A stretch of DNA of 62,204 nt, filler included, from Squatina squatina (Eukaryota): the NCBI GenBank assembly GCA_031763465.1. It is 3 parts of 2 records of this genome, joined end to end, with 100 filler letters (N's around TTAATTAATTAA, not from the genome) between each part and the next. Parts side by side here need not be neighbours in the genome. Positions count along the whole stretch, not along the records: positions 24,070 to 47,384 come from JARFOE010000222.1; 2 more parts are not named here. The stretch is one strand, 5' to 3'. Shown here one piece after another: positions 26,708 to 40,166 of this stretch (position 1 is its first letter; every line of letters starts with the position of its first letter). The notes under the pieces were generated by a model. It did not search any database, had not been told where the DNA came from, and saw only the letters and a program-made list of their open reading frames with translations. The position numbers were made by a program, and so were the translations under genes.

Positions 26708-27450
26708 AGAATAGAATCATAGAATGGTTACAGCACAGAAGGAGGCCATTTGACCCGTCGAGCCTGTGCTGACTCTCTGCAAGAGCACTTCAGCTAGTCC
26801 CACTCCCCCACCCTTTCCCCATACCACTGCAATTTTTTTCCGTCAAGTACATATGCAATTCCCTTTTGATAGCTACGATTTCAGGCAGTCCATTCACTGC
26901 GTAAAAAAGGTTTTTCTTATGTCGCCTTTGGTTCTTCTGACAATCACATTAAACCTGTGTCCTCTAGTTCTCGACCTTTCGCCAATGGGAACAGTTTCTC
27001 TCTATCTACTCTGTCTAGACCCTTCATGATTTTGAACACCTCTATCAAATCTCCTCTCAAGCTTCTCTGCTCCAGGGAGAACAACCCCAGCATCTCTAGT
27101 CCATCAACATAACTGAAGTTCCTCATTCCTGGGATCATTCTCCTAATTCTTTCAGGCACCTTCTCCAAGGCCTTCACATCCTTCCTAAAGTGTGGTGCCC
27201 AGAATTGAGCACAATACCCCGGTTGGGGCCGAACCAGTGTTTTATACAGGTCCATAATAATTTCCACACTTTTGTACTCTCTACCTCTACCTCTATTTAT
27301 GAAGCCCAGGATCCCATAAGGCTTTTTAACTACTTTCTCAATCTGCCCTGCCACCTTCAACGATTTGTGCACACATACCCCCAGGCCCCTCTCTTCATGC
27401 ACCTGCTTCAGGATTGTACCATTTAGTTTATGTCCTCTGCTCATTCTTTC
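26708..27450 (-). mobile_element. CR1-clade LINE 3' fragment
   Basis: Encodes LYKTLVRPQPGYCAQFWAPHFRKDVKALEKV...LEMLGLFSLEQRSLRGDLIEVFKIM, with the same 3' tail. Confidence 0.92.
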
Positions 27451-27606
27451 TAACAAAACTGTGGCATAAGCTGAAAGGATTTTTTTTGTCTAAAATAGTG
27501 GCCCTTTTAACAGCTAACGATGTTCTTTGGAGATCGATTCAATATTGCTGAGATGTTTGTTCAAGACATTTTTAATTTGTTTACAATTACATACGTTTTG
27601 TCACAG

Positions 27607-27816
27607 AACCAACGAAGGACACATCTTTGGGATTTCATTGAAGAAAGAGAAAATGCTGATTCTTATGAAGATGATGAAATGGTCACTTTTGAGCTTGGTG
27701 AAGTGCTGCTTATGCTTTTGGCAGATGACCCTGATGATGACTTTTCAGATTCTGATGATGAGTGGGACTTGTTTCATGATGAAATGGATGTTGATTATTA
27801 TGAGTTTGACCTATAG
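27607..27816 (+). CDS. MKRN1: MKRN1 terminal coding exon (acidic tail)
   Basis: Phase-0 cag acceptor. NQRRTHLWDFIEERE...VTFELGEVLLMLLA...DDEWDLFHDEMDVDYYEFDL* matches the recalled MKRN1 C-terminus. Confidence 0.92.
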   Translation, partial: NQRRTHLWDFIEERENADSYEDDEMVTFELGEVLLMLLADDPDDDFSDSDDEWDLFHDEMDVDYYEFDL

Positions 27817-28544
27817 NNNNNNNNNNNNNNNNNNNNNNNNNNNNNNNNNNNNNNNNNNNNCAGTAGCTTTTCCTGTGTTGTGGCAGTGCCATATGTCTTA
27901 GGCAGGCCAGGCATTCTGGGTGCAGTTTCACTTTGGACGTTTGTGCAGAGTTCTTGTCGGTAGTGCATTAAAAGAAACTTGTTCCTTATGAAATATAAGT
28001 TAAATTAACTTGCTTTACTCAAGGTGATAAGCTGGAGGATAAATATAGCAACTGGCTGTATTTATTCATGTGGAATAAGAGTTGAATTTAGGTACTTGAC
28101 CTAACATGGGTGTCTGTCCTTGGTGGTTATGAAAGCGATATGACCACTTGCATGCACAAAAGCCTGAAACCAATAAGGGACCACATACACCTTAATTCAT
28201 CTGACAACTTGTGTTATTCCATACAATGCCCTCTCCACATAACTACATTTGTTTTTAAAGAGGGTGTCGTGCAGTCAGTGACCTTTTTAAAAGTCAAAGT
28301 ATAAAATAATTATGGTTAACAACCGTGGTTTTTTCCTGTCTTTCTATTTTTTTAATTTTATATAGTATGCTAATAGAGCTCAGGAGAACCTAGGTTGGAG
28401 GAGCTACTGAGTCCAGCTTGTGAGGGAGCTGAATTACCTATACANNNNNNNNNNNNNNNNNNNNNNNNNNNNNNNNNNNNNNNNNNNNNNNNNNNNNNNN
28501 NNNNNNNNNNNNNNNNNNNNNNNNNNNNNNNNNNNNNNNNNNNN

Positions 28545-29404
28545 TCATACCTTCTTGGCCCTCTCCTGGGCCTGCTCGGGGGTGGGGGTTTCACCTCCTC
28601 CTCCGGGGCCCGGCTCTTCATCCGCAGGCCTCGGCCTCTTGCTGCTGCTCTGCCAGGGGGGGCTTTTCGATTTCTACCTGATTATTTTTACCGACCTGTA
28701 CTGGTGCTCGTGGATCGCCACCGATCTGGTGGTCATGGCCGGCTGGCTCATCTTCTTCCTCAAGCACGCCAAGCGGACAGGAGCCGGCGACAAGGTGGCG
28801 CCCGACCGACGCCAGTTCGCTTTCGCCTACTTGGCCTGGCTTATTTATGTCATCGCCTGCACGCCCAAAATGGTGCTGATCCTGGAGACCTCCATCCTCG
28901 ACCTGATCGAGCTCAAGGTCCCCCTGGGCACCACCGGCTTCAAAATCGTGGTCATGTCGTCCGTGCCCTTGCTCTACGCGCTGATAAACTCGGTGAGCGA
29001 AGACCTGAGCTGCCACCGGGCGCAGCACTATTACAGCCGGACATGCCTCGACCTCCTCGACAGCTTCACTCTCATGGAGCTGCTGCTGGCCGGCCAGATC
29101 CCCAGCGCTTACCTCAAGTACACGGTCACCGCCGTCTACTTCGTCTCCTTTTTCATTCCGGTGCTCTGGCTCTATGAGCTCAATTCATTGCAGCTGGATT
29201 ACAAGTGCGTCGTGTTCCGCTTCCTGTCCGGTTACGCGGTGAATGCCCCTCTCTTGGTGGTCAGGTGCTTTCTTGTCTTTATTTATGACCAACAGGTCTC
29301 GGTGTTCCTTTTCAAGAATGTCTTCTGGCTGTGCTGTGACTGCGCCGAGGTACTGGAGCGATGTTGCAGTGTGAGACGTGTCCGTAAGTATTCGAGCCCT
29401 CCCG
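28545..29404 (+). CDS. TMEM121B: TMEM121B (CECR6), partial; both ends fall in gaps
   Basis: GC-rich uninterrupted frame encoding a multi-pass membrane protein with motifs TDLYWCSWIATDLVV, FAFAYLAWLIY, TSILDLIEL, TCLDLLDSFTL and PVLWLYELN. It is convergent with IL17RA, as in human. Confidence 0.9.
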
Positions 29405-29752
29405 NNNNNNNNNNNNNNNNNNNNNNNNNNNNNNNNNNNNNNNNNNNNNNNNNNNNNNNNNNNNNNNNNNNNNNNNNNNNNNNNNNNNNNNNNNNNNNNN
29501 NNNNGATCAGTGATTGGGTGGAAGGCAGAAGAGATTAAGAGATGATGCAAGGCAATCAGAGGTGGTAATGGCTACATTACATCTAGATAGGGTGTAAATG
29601 GGGGGAAAAAAAAACAGCTATATGCAAACTTGAAGTGAAAGCAGGAAAAGACCATCAGGCCTGCCACATCCACACACGGTGCTGGTATTCACTGCCTTGA
29701 GTCATTAAGGTAGCTGTCTGTAATTGTGCAATTTGCACCATGCATTCACCTT

Positions 29753-31209
29753 CTACTCCGTTATTCTCATGCTTTCATCAAGTAAAGCCATCTGCAGCAT
29801 TTTTAATTCATTAAGTGCTTCAGAAGAAGTGCTCACACCGGCTGGTGAGATTTCATCCACTGAGAATGACTGCTTGGAACTATAGCCCTGGTCTGAATCT
29901 ATATTCTCCTCTTTCTCTAGGAGAGAGATAGATTGTGGATATCCAATAACTTCACTGTGCAAGTGACTTGGCCTGGGTGAGTCCTGTGAAGACTTTAAAC
30001 CCTGTAGGAACAGCATCTGCTGAAGCTCTTGAAGTGTCTTCTTTACATCATGAGAAATACACGAGACCTGGTCACTGCCTGAATGCACATCAATTTCATT
30101 CGTTGCAATGTTACCTTTGCAACTGTGCTGAGGAATGTCCCTGATATCATTCTTCATAATCCAACCATTCTGCAACAGTGGCTTCCCTTCTGCCTTAGGA
30201 GGAGACTTAAAGCTGGGACAGTTTAACACACTCTGACTACAGCCCAACACTGACGTGCAGTACAACGGCTCCAGGGTGTATATCGGATTTAGCATCTGTG
30301 CCTCTTTGCAGTTGACTCCAATCATATTTTGAGACAAACTGATGTCTTGGAGTCTATGCTCAAATCCCACTGGACATCTCATAAATGTCTCATCGCTTGA
30401 TTTGGCCACGTAGATTTCATTCATGGTACAGGGCTCATCAGCAAGGGGCTTGAACTGCACAATGTTCTGTGCAATTGATGATGAATTGCCAAGTTCTTTA
30501 CTCCAGTCCTGCTCAGTCCCTGCTTCCTCTGGGAAGCCGATACATTCTTTCTCAAACCAGTCGGGCTGCTCCATTTGCAACAACTTAAACTTCTGAACTG
30601 CATTTTTCAGTATTTTACCCGATGGGTGTTTATGGTAATCATCCATTGTTATTCCTACCACGCGGTAAGTCTTTCCTGGTTCATATTTCTCTAAGTCCTG
30701 CACGCGGAAGTGTATTTCCTCAAACTGTTTCATTAGTTTGTACTTCACGCCGACATTAAATGGATCAGGTATGTCTTCTTCACTGCAGATGCCATCAAAG
30801 TATGCAACAATGTATTTGCCAAACGAAGCCGGATGTTTAAAGTCTGGCAAAATCAAGTTCATGGCAGGAGTGAACATGTCATGCATTGGTGAGCGTTCAT
30901 CACTTTTCAGCAAAATCTGACTCTGTCCGACCCGCAGCATGGCTTCCCACTTCACCCTCGTCCCACGGGAGCATAAGATTATAATCTTGTCTGACTCATT
31001 TTTGTGCAATGTGAGCCAATTGATGTGCCCGACTTCTGCAACCTTATTCACCTGTAAATAATCTAAGGTTACATCAGTACCACAGGCAGTCATCAGGAAC
31101 TGTGCAAATGCCAGGACAATGTCCGTGTAGAGATTGTGGTCCAGTGAATAAATGATCAGAACTTTCTTCTTCACCTGTGGAAGTTCTGGATGTACAACTG
31201 TTGGTTCAT
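29753..31209 (-). CDS. IL17RA: IL17RA terminal exon (SEFIR/TILL domain and cytoplasmic tail)
   Basis: tttcag acceptor adjoining 31209. Contains KKVLIIYSLDH, VLAFAQFL, SDKIIILCSRGTRVKW, DMFTPAMNLILPDFKHPASFGKYIVAYF, YKLMKQFEEIHFRVQDLE and the distal SDQGYSS motif. Confidence 0.93.
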
Positions 31210-34200
31210 CTGAAACACATTAGATTGTTTTTATTTAACTGAATGAAACGGAGANNNNNNNNNNNNNNNNNNNNNNNNNNNNNNNNNNNNNNNNNNNNNN
31301 NNNNNNNNNNNNNNNNNNNNNNNNNNNNNNNNNNNNNNNNNNNNNNNNNNNNNNTTGACGAATTCAGCAGTGGGCGTCCATTTTGGGCATTGTGCCCACT
31401 GATGACGTCATCCAGACCACCTAACGCCAAAATTAAAGTTTCCAGCCTTACCAGGTTTGCGCCCGTTTAGCGCCATTTTTTGGGGGACCCGAATTGTCCG
31501 ACGCTAAACTGCGCCAAAAATCAGCGTTAAGCACTTAACGCTCATTTAACGCTCATTTAGCGCCCCAAAACCCCCCCGAATTGGGCGCCCCTGGTCTTAG
31601 CCAACATTCATCCCTAACCCAGCATCATCAAAACAAATTAACTGTTCATTTATCTCATTTGCTCTATGTGGGACTTCAGAGTTGAAATTCCACTTTTGCA
31701 TTTCCCAGCCTGAAATTTTCCCTCCATTAAAGTGAATGGGTAGAAAACTGTGGCATTGAGTACAAAATTGGAATCTGTGTCCTGGCCCGTCCTGGAGGCC
31801 TCAATCCAGCAAGGTGCATAGTGATGCATGTTTGCAGCCCCGCAGCTTGCCTGCCAAATTTAAATGAGCGTGCACTGCTTGTCAGTCGCCTAAAAGTCAA
31901 AATCGATCTCATTGAGTCACCATGAGTGTCAGACCTGGCAGGGATCAATGCAGTCTGCTCTGACCTCTAAATGAAAATATCTGTAACAGCCATTGAGAAA
32001 ATGTGCTTAACTGGGTTATCATAACAGCAACAAACTGAGTCACTCTGTTAGGAAATTTAATTTATTTGCAATTTTAATAACATCATTCCTTAGATAAAAA
32101 TGCAATCTTACAGGAATATACATTGTCCAAATCAAAGTTTAACTTAAAATTTGTTTTAGGTCAATACATTCTAAATTTTACGTGCGAGGGCAAGATGGAT
32201 TATCCCACCATAGACAGAATAACATTACAGTTACAAACTGTACATTGGTTATTTACAAATGAACTCTTTTTCTGTTTTTTTTCAACAGAGTACAAAAGTG
32301 TCGAATTTAGTGACTCAAAACTGTTCAAACAAGTGGTAAAGAGAACACAAAAAGGTAGGGAATTAACCATGTATTCTGCATGCAATACTAAAAATAATTT
32401 AAATAAAACAACAGCTTTTGCAAAATCTACCGACAGTGTTTCAGATAATTCTGGATTCACTCAAGTCCCTGACAGAAATAACTTGCAACAACTAGTCAGT
32501 TACCATGTGTGTCTGACACATATAATTTAGAGGATTAAAGGAAAAAAATGTTTAAATATTAATGTAAAAGGCAAGTGCTTTTCAAATGTACAAGCTGCAA
32601 TTTTTTTCTCCCCTTTCTTGACCCTTGGCCATTTTCATAGCTGACCAGCATTGGAATTCCAGTCCAACAATCACCATTAAATATAGTCTCAGTGAAACCC
32701 TGCAATGTAAGCCATCAGATCTGTTGCATTGTAAAGTTTTCCCCACCTGAGCTTCTCTTTGTGCTGCCAAAAAAGGCTAATTATTCATAGATGTGCACAG
32801 TTTCTGAGACAGCTACAAACATCTGCACTGCCTTCACTGCATGTTTTATGTTATTTTTTTTCTAAATAAAAAATTACATTTAAATCGTGTCCAATTAAAA
32901 ACAGATTTTTTAGGTAAGTGAAGATCTTAAAGAATGTATGCAAAGGTGTTGTATCAGACCGTTGCCTCATAATGCAGCCGGAGCAGTGCTCTAGCCATAT
33001 AGTGCCCATTCCAAATAGTCATTGAAGGAGAAACTGCCATTAAAATGTTGCCAATAAAAATTCAGGCACCCTTGCTTAGTGTCTCCATGGAATCCCCTAG
33101 CCACCTGTAACCATACATTCCCATTGTCCTTTTCCCCCATGCACCTCCCCCATGCCCTTCGCAGACTGCTAGCACCCTATATTCATGACAGAGGCCCTCA
33201 GAGCCCAATTAAATTCTGCAAGATTAGGTCTGTTTTGTGTCCGGGCACAGTGGCAGCACCTCAACTCCTGGGGTGTGTAATCAGATCAATAATTTATAAA
33301 GTTAACTACGAGGCCCTGTTCCATGCTGAAATTCTAAGAAGTTTGCCGCAGTTCAGTAAGACTTTAGGCTTGCATGTCATTAACATGCTCAATTCATAGG
33401 AATTCTAACCCCATCGAATATTATAAATTGCACACTGTGGCAAAGCAACATTTTCCAACAGAAATTAAAACTTTACCACATTACAAATAAAACCCTATAA
33501 ATATTGTACATCCAGAATAAACAGGGCTACATTCTAAGCACCTCTTTAATTTACAGTGTATAATTGTAATAAAAATTAAATATGCAAAACCTGCTTAAAA
33601 AAAAACAGAATACGTTTTGGTGTCTGGGGCCTCTATGGCTGTCTATTAAACCTTTTGTAAAACAGCAGCCTACAATTTAAGTGCGTATTAAAACTGTTTA
33701 GAAGCTCATCAGTTCTAAATATACAGTTGGGAAAGAAAATTAAGCATAGACAATACAATCTATTACAGTCATAAATTGGCACAGTTCACAGATAGCCTCT
33801 TTACGGAGATTCTTAGCCATGAAAACTGAGCGCAGGCCCATAAGTATTGATCTTGCTAAGTATTTCTGAAAACTTCTGTCTGCTTTGATTCATTTTTTCT
33901 AAAAATTTTGCAATGGTTCTGAAAAATAATAATGTTTGAACTCAGTGCTGTTGTGCAAAGCAACGTCTGCTTAAAATAGGGTTAAATTTTGTTTTGGTTT
34001 TGTAGTCTGGCTGAGCATCTTCGGCTGTATTCTATACTAATGCAACAAAAATAATCTGTCCTGGCATCACTTAGTCTGACAAACTAACTGAGCTCAGCAG
34101 CCTCCAAATCCGACTCCTGCCTGATTCAGCAGCCTTTGAATTCCACCCAACTCAGCAGAATCTGATTCCAACTCCTGCCCGATTCAGCGGCTTCCATCTT

Positions 34201-34429
34201 TGACATCTGTATAATCCTGAGTCCTGACCTTTTTATGCAGATGTAATTCAGTGGTTTGAACACAGTGGTTGGATTTAGTAGTTACAATATGGGGTACACA
34301 AGTGACAACACTATCTAGAATTCACAGTCATTCATATTACCTGTTAGCTAGAACCACAAAGTGTGGCAACTATAGACAGGTGGCCACTTTCTAAAGATCA
34401 TAAGTGCAGGTTTGACTGTAGGTTTAGAC

Positions 34430-34612
34430 AGGCGCAGGCTATATGCACTGGAGAAATACCACCAACGCTGCCTCTGTAAAATCCTGCAAATCCATTGGCA
34501 GGATAGGCGTACCACTGTCGGTGCCCTCTCTCAGGCCAATCTCCCCAACATCGAGGCACTGGTCACGCTCAACCAGCTGCGTTGGGCAGGCCATATCGTC
34601 TGCATACCTGAC
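34430..34612 (+). mobile_element. RTE-clade LINE fragment
   Basis: LEKYHQRCLCKILQIHWQDRRT...ANLPNIEALVTLNQLRWAGHIV is the typical RTE post-RT C-terminal region. Confidence 0.85.
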
Positions 34613-34712
34613 NNNNNNNNNNNNNNNNNNNNNNNNNNNNNNNNNNNNNNNNNNNNNNNNNNNNNNNNNNNNNNNNNNNNNNNNNNNNNNNNNNNNNNNN
34701 NNNNNNNNNNNN

Positions 34713-35004
34713 GCAGTTTTATATCTCCCATTCATACTTTTACAAATCTGCGGTATATGGAACAGATCTGTAAAAGCATGAATGGGAGATACTCCTACCT
34801 GATAGGTTGGGGCCTCCCACGTGACCTGTCCAGTCTCGCCAAAGCGTTTAGGAACCAGAGAGGAGAGCCACGCTGCGCATGCCCAACTATGGAGGCAGAA
34901 GACAGCAATTTTATGTGGCTTCCGGACCCTCATGTAAGTTCGTAGAAATATTTGTGATCGGAGGCGTCCGCACGCAGGAAGCTTCCGATCGCAAATTCAG
35001 CTCC
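34713..35004. mobile_element. Non-autonomous Harbinger/MITE-like element with an internal hairpin
   Basis: Ends in aaattcagctcc. Shares atgaatggga..tactcctacc.tga.tggttggg..ccac.tga and tcggaggc...gc.tccga with 51138-51342. Confidence 0.65.
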
Positions 35005-38000
35005 GATATATTAGCAATAGATAGAGTGACACAATAGTGATAATAGATCTCCAGAAATAATTCACTTTTTTCACAGCCCAAAGTTGTAGGAAGTACTTTG
35101 GAAACATATTTGTGCTAAGGATGTTGTCTTCACACCATCAATCTTCAACGGTGGTCATTTTGGAAATTGTGATAAGGAAGTAACATTTTGCGAGTGCCAC
35201 CTCCCTTTAGCTCGCACCCCGCAAGCCGCCTACAGCCCTGTTCGCACCCCCTGAAGCTGTCGCTGCCATCGCCTGGTGCAGCTTAAGGGGGCGCTCCCAA
35301 ATTTTCGCTCTCAGGGCAAAAACGGGTCACTGTGCATGGTGATGACCTCCTCATTGCTGGTGCGGCAGAGCGGGGCGCTACTGGTTGCCACCGCTAAACA
35401 GCAGAATTTAGCAGGAGCCGTTAGTGGCGTCACATCTGGGCATAAATTAGTTTGCTCGCAGGGTGCTAAAGGGGGCCTCAAAGGACCCCAATTTCTCCCC
35501 CATAAGTACTATAAGGCCTACATCTTAAAAGACCGTTACTAATACACATAAGGGGATTGCTTTGAGGAAAACAGGTCTTCAGTGCAGGTGGAGCTGTGTC
35601 TTAAGTAACCTGGGTCTTTAAGGCCACAAAGTGTAAAGTGGTGCAGAGCCAAACTATTCCCTGTGGAAAAATGCTTCAATCGCCACGTCTTGATGCCATT
35701 AGATGCTTATTGGAGTTGCTGAGGGATATCGAAGCATCGATGACACTCCTCCAACTGACACTCAGAAGAAACTGTGTCATTCAGTGACCTCTCGATGCTC
35801 TAGATTCAGATGGTTTTAAATCTCTTCTCTTACCTCAGGATTAGCATAGAGTCAGTGGCATCCATGCCACTAAGGGCATAACTCAGGCACCGGCCAATTC
35901 ATAGAGGTTGGAAATTCTTGCACCTGTTGTCTGTGGAAGGGATACATCCTCCCCTACTCTAAGATAGGAATATTAGCAAGCTGTAGAAATGTAGGGACCT
36001 TGTTCTGCAGCCCTGATAGAAATCCTTTAATCAGTTTTCTCTGCATAAATGAGAAGGGAAGCAATCTAAACAATCTATTGGTAGGTTTGGATGCATTTGT
36101 GCTGCTTCCAATAACAAATCTTTTTCCCCAGTTCATACTGAAAGAAAGCCTGGAAGCTGTAAAAGCCTTCATGGAGATTTAACATTTAAAAGGGAGGATT
36201 ACTAGCAATGCCAGTTATTGACACAGCTGTTCAATAAATAACACAATCACACAATTCACACTGAAAAACATCAATCACACCCTAAAAGCAGTGTAATGTT
36301 GCTCCTATTTGATCTCAGAATGATGAAATTAAGTCGAGCTCTTCAAGTCTTTTTGCCTTCCTGGAAATAATAACAGCCCCTTATAATATTTATATATATC
36401 CCAAGCAACAAACTGCAGATGATAGGGTGGGGTACTGCATGAAATTTAAAACTCCCAAACATGTACTATTAAGGAAAATATGCAAACAAGGATTATGTTA
36501 TAAGTAAATAAAACACTTTACTCATTGAAGTGGAAACCAGCTTTCACCAAGGCAGTAGCCTTACAGGCAATTAACAACTTTTGATGACATGGGTTGCACT
36601 GCCAAACCTGGATCCAAATGGGACAGTGAAAAGTTAAAATTTGAAAGGACTTGCGAAGTACAAATGAAACTCTATGTTGAAGGAGTTTGAAAGCACTATA
36701 GCAATTTACTCATTCCTCTCTTTATATGGAGGTCCCGTTTTAAAAAATGTTTCATAGTACATGCAAAGTGAGTGATTGACATTGAATTTTTTCTCATCAT
36801 AATGTATTAAATGATCTTTAAAACATAAAATATTGTATGTTAAATTACCTGGAATATTTTTGTTAATATCTTAATCTAATTACATAATATACTTTCCATG
36901 TTTTGTATTGGCAAGATGTACATTTTTTTGAGATATAGGGAAATATTTTCTAACAAGCCTATAATTTCCACAGGCCAATTATTATCTTTAATTGTCCAAT
37001 GATCGTATCTTCTGAATTTTGTCAAAGTAGTGCTTATTCAGATTAGATGTGTTGGACATAATTTATTTTCTCCTATACCATAAAACAAACATAAATTATG
37101 TCAAATGAGGATCATTGTTGCACAGGATCTTCCTCATAAATAAGGACATATGGATTATAGGACTTATATTTTTAGTTTATGGAGAAATTAGTTGCATATA
37201 TAAATCAGTTCTTAAGCACTCAATTATACTGCCTCTGAGTGTAAAGAGTATACTCTATAGATTTCACAAAGAGAAAGCTCAGATTATGAGTTATAGAAAA
37301 AAAAAATACTTTAATAATTAAAACATGCAACCTAGGTCTGATTAGCATACCTAATGTTGGCTCTATCAGCAGAATGAATGTATATTCCAAATTTTTGGGG
37401 TCAGCACCTCCATACCTCTCATTTCATACTCATGTATTTTATCTAATACATAAAGTAAAAATGACCTGGATAATATTTTTAAAAGTTCAAATCGCTATGC
37501 AATTTAAAAAAAAACTGTATATAAACAATCTTCAAGGCCAAGTTCACTGCCAATAATTTTATCTGAGTCAAAGCTCTCTGCTTTTGTGCTGTAGGAAACA
37601 CCAATTCAGAACACTGCAGTTTTTGTTTTCACCACCAAGGGATGCTATTGCTTAATTTTCCTGCACTGCATTTTGGGTGGGATGACACCACTGTGGTTGG
37701 CTATTGGTCGACAGATGTTTTATATAAAATTTATCACAGAATTTATGAAAACTAAAAATAATAAATATCTCTATTTATCGGTGAATGATCCTTTATGGGA
37801 GAAGTAAAGACATAGCTAGATAAAACAAGCTAACCAAAGTGGCATTAATTTACCCAAAATGTATTGCAAGTACCCAGCTGATGAGAGTAATTTATTTTGT
37901 TTTCGTTGCACTCTACAAGCTTGATTTCTCCAGAAAACACAGCTTCATGGCAGAGAACCTTGCAAGCTTTTGAATTTGACAATTTAAAGAAAAAGCTGAG

Positions 38001-38579
38001 ATTCCACTTTTAATATAGGCACAAGAACAGGATACTGCAACTTGAAAGGGTCAGGGGGAAAATAAAAATAAATTGTGTATTTAAATAATCATTGCACCTC
38101 CTCCCAGAAACACTCTCGCTCTCCAAGAGATTGTGAAGCAGGGTGAANNNNNNNNNNNNNNNNNNNNGTGAACACAAGATATGCAAAATCAGTATATGTT
38201 AAATATGTGAAGATGCTGTATCATAGTAACTACAATATGTACATTTTTAATTTTGATTAAAAAAAGTTTACTTGATTCAACTTAGAAAGCATTTAAAAGT
38301 TAAAATGTGTATATATATATATAGCTTGGCACACTTGAATACTTTAATGATTTTCATGCATCAAATATACACCAGTGTATTCAACAAGTCCATTGGAAAG
38401 GAACTGCTCGGCACTATTTTTTTTGTCTTTTTTCAAATACTAAAACTGACCTGAATTCAAGTATTACAGGTTCTTGAACAAAAGCAAGTACAAGAAACCA
38501 TCGCACTGAATAGATATAGATATAAATTTCACACATACATATAGAAATATAAATTTACATCTATATCTATTCAGTTGAT

Positions 38580-38580
<1 letters not shown>

Positions 38581-38633
<53 letters not shown>

Positions 38634-38645
38634 TATATATATATA
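38581..38645. repeat. (CA)n/(TA)n microsatellite
   Basis: About 21 CA units followed by a TA run. Confidence 0.95.
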
Positions 38646-39872
38646 ATCTATGTTTTAAAGTTAATATGCTTATAGTCTTGATTACAGTCACGCTTTATTG
38701 CATTGTTTTTGCATATCTTGTGGAACACAAGAGCATGGGTTTTCGGTGCTAGACCGGCTAACTATTTTTTTATTTAATAAAAATTCCACTAACTCATTGC
38801 AGACCCAAATCTGCCACAGATCCACTATGTAATCATTTAAATAAATGTAAAATAGTTTCAGAATGACATGTGGGATCTGAGCAGACCATGGATAAATGGT
38901 ATGTGTTATACTTGGAACCGTGATACTGAAATCGGTTAAGGTACCAATTTAAAATAAAGTATTACTCCCTAAAACATAAATATTTTCATTATGGGATGCA
39001 TGCTGCAAGAACACAGAGTGATTCCACTTAATTAAATGACCCTGTACCAGAAAAAAACAAGGATCAGACAATCATGAAAAGAAAAACAGAAAGTGGCTGG
39101 TCAAAAATTGCTAAAACACAAAACAAGCCACATCAAAATAAGAAATGGTCCAACTTTCAGAATGCAATCCCAGTGGAAATTAGTTGGATGAACAGTAACC
39201 GCTCACAATTTGACTTTAAGGTGGGATGTAAGCACTCTTAAAAAGGCCATCTTACTGACACGTTCTCCATCATAGAAAAAGCTGAAGCCAGGATGGCTAA
39301 ATACATCTGCTAATTATATACATTTCCTCTTTACTTTCCTACAGAGCATCCATCTCTTAAATTCTCTTTCTTATCAGAGCATAAGATTCAAGGAATTTTA
39401 CTTTCTGAGGTATTCTGTAGTAGGAGGAACAAATCCTTCAAAAGATATATTTTGCGTGTATACATGTGTTTGTGTGCGTCCTCATCTGCATTTCTTTCTG
39501 TTAAAAACCAAGGCTGATTTCGTTGTCATTTGGCCAACCATTCAGATAAACAGACAACCTCTGTTGGACATCCAGCATCTCCAGGGTCCCTCCTATACTC
39601 TNNNNNNNNNNNNNNNNNNNNNNNNNTTTGAGATGTTGGATAGTGTCTCTGCTGCAGGTTCAAAGGTCATACCACTTTGCTACCTGAAGTCATGATTTTT
39701 ATAATAATTTTAATTTTTTTTTTAAAAAGCACTCAGAGCTACAATTGCTCAACTCCCGATTCACAACAGCAAATGAAGAAAGCAGCTGTTCTGGTTACTT
39801 CAGGTCACAAGAACAGTGAGGCACTTTTGACTTAAACTGATATAAGCAAATAATAAAAACCATCTTCTGTCA

Positions 39873-40166
39873 CTACAGGGTGCTTACATAAATCATCTCA
39901 TCTGAAAATTCTTCCTCACTTTTTCCACAGTCCTGTTCCTCTTCTGTGCAGTCTTGCACAATATTCTGTTGCTGGTAGTCCCTGCAGTTTACAAAGGGTA
40001 ACAGATTGCCATTTGGGCTAGCCTTAGTGTTGCCATTGAGCAGGTTGTCTGCAGCATTTTCCATCTCCTCAAAAGTCATATCACAGGCATCAGCAATTTC
40101 ATGGGCTGTTGCCTCAACAAATTTTGGGTCTTGTGCGTATCGACCAAGCCCCTCTGAGATCAGAAC
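39873..40166 (-). CDS. CACNA1C: CACNA1C (Cav1.2) terminal coding exon
   Basis: [45 protein letters not shown]...[14 protein letters not shown]...YVSTL*. The LLPFVNCRD and YVSxL motifs are Cav1.2-type. Confidence 0.9.
   Translation of the reverse strand, partial: VLISEGLGRYAQDPKFVEATAHEIADACDMTFEEMENAADNLLNGNTKASPNGNLLPFVNCRDYQQQNIVQDCTEEEQDCGKSEEEFSDEMIYVSTL

Noticed and set aside
28395-29177. Overlapping 260-aa plus-strand and 136-aa minus-strand ORFs
   Set aside because: These are shadow frames of the GC-rich TMEM121B coding sequence.
34090-34195. Degenerate (c/t)tcagcag...ctcctgcc repeats
   Set aside because: Too short and irregular to assign a unit or function.
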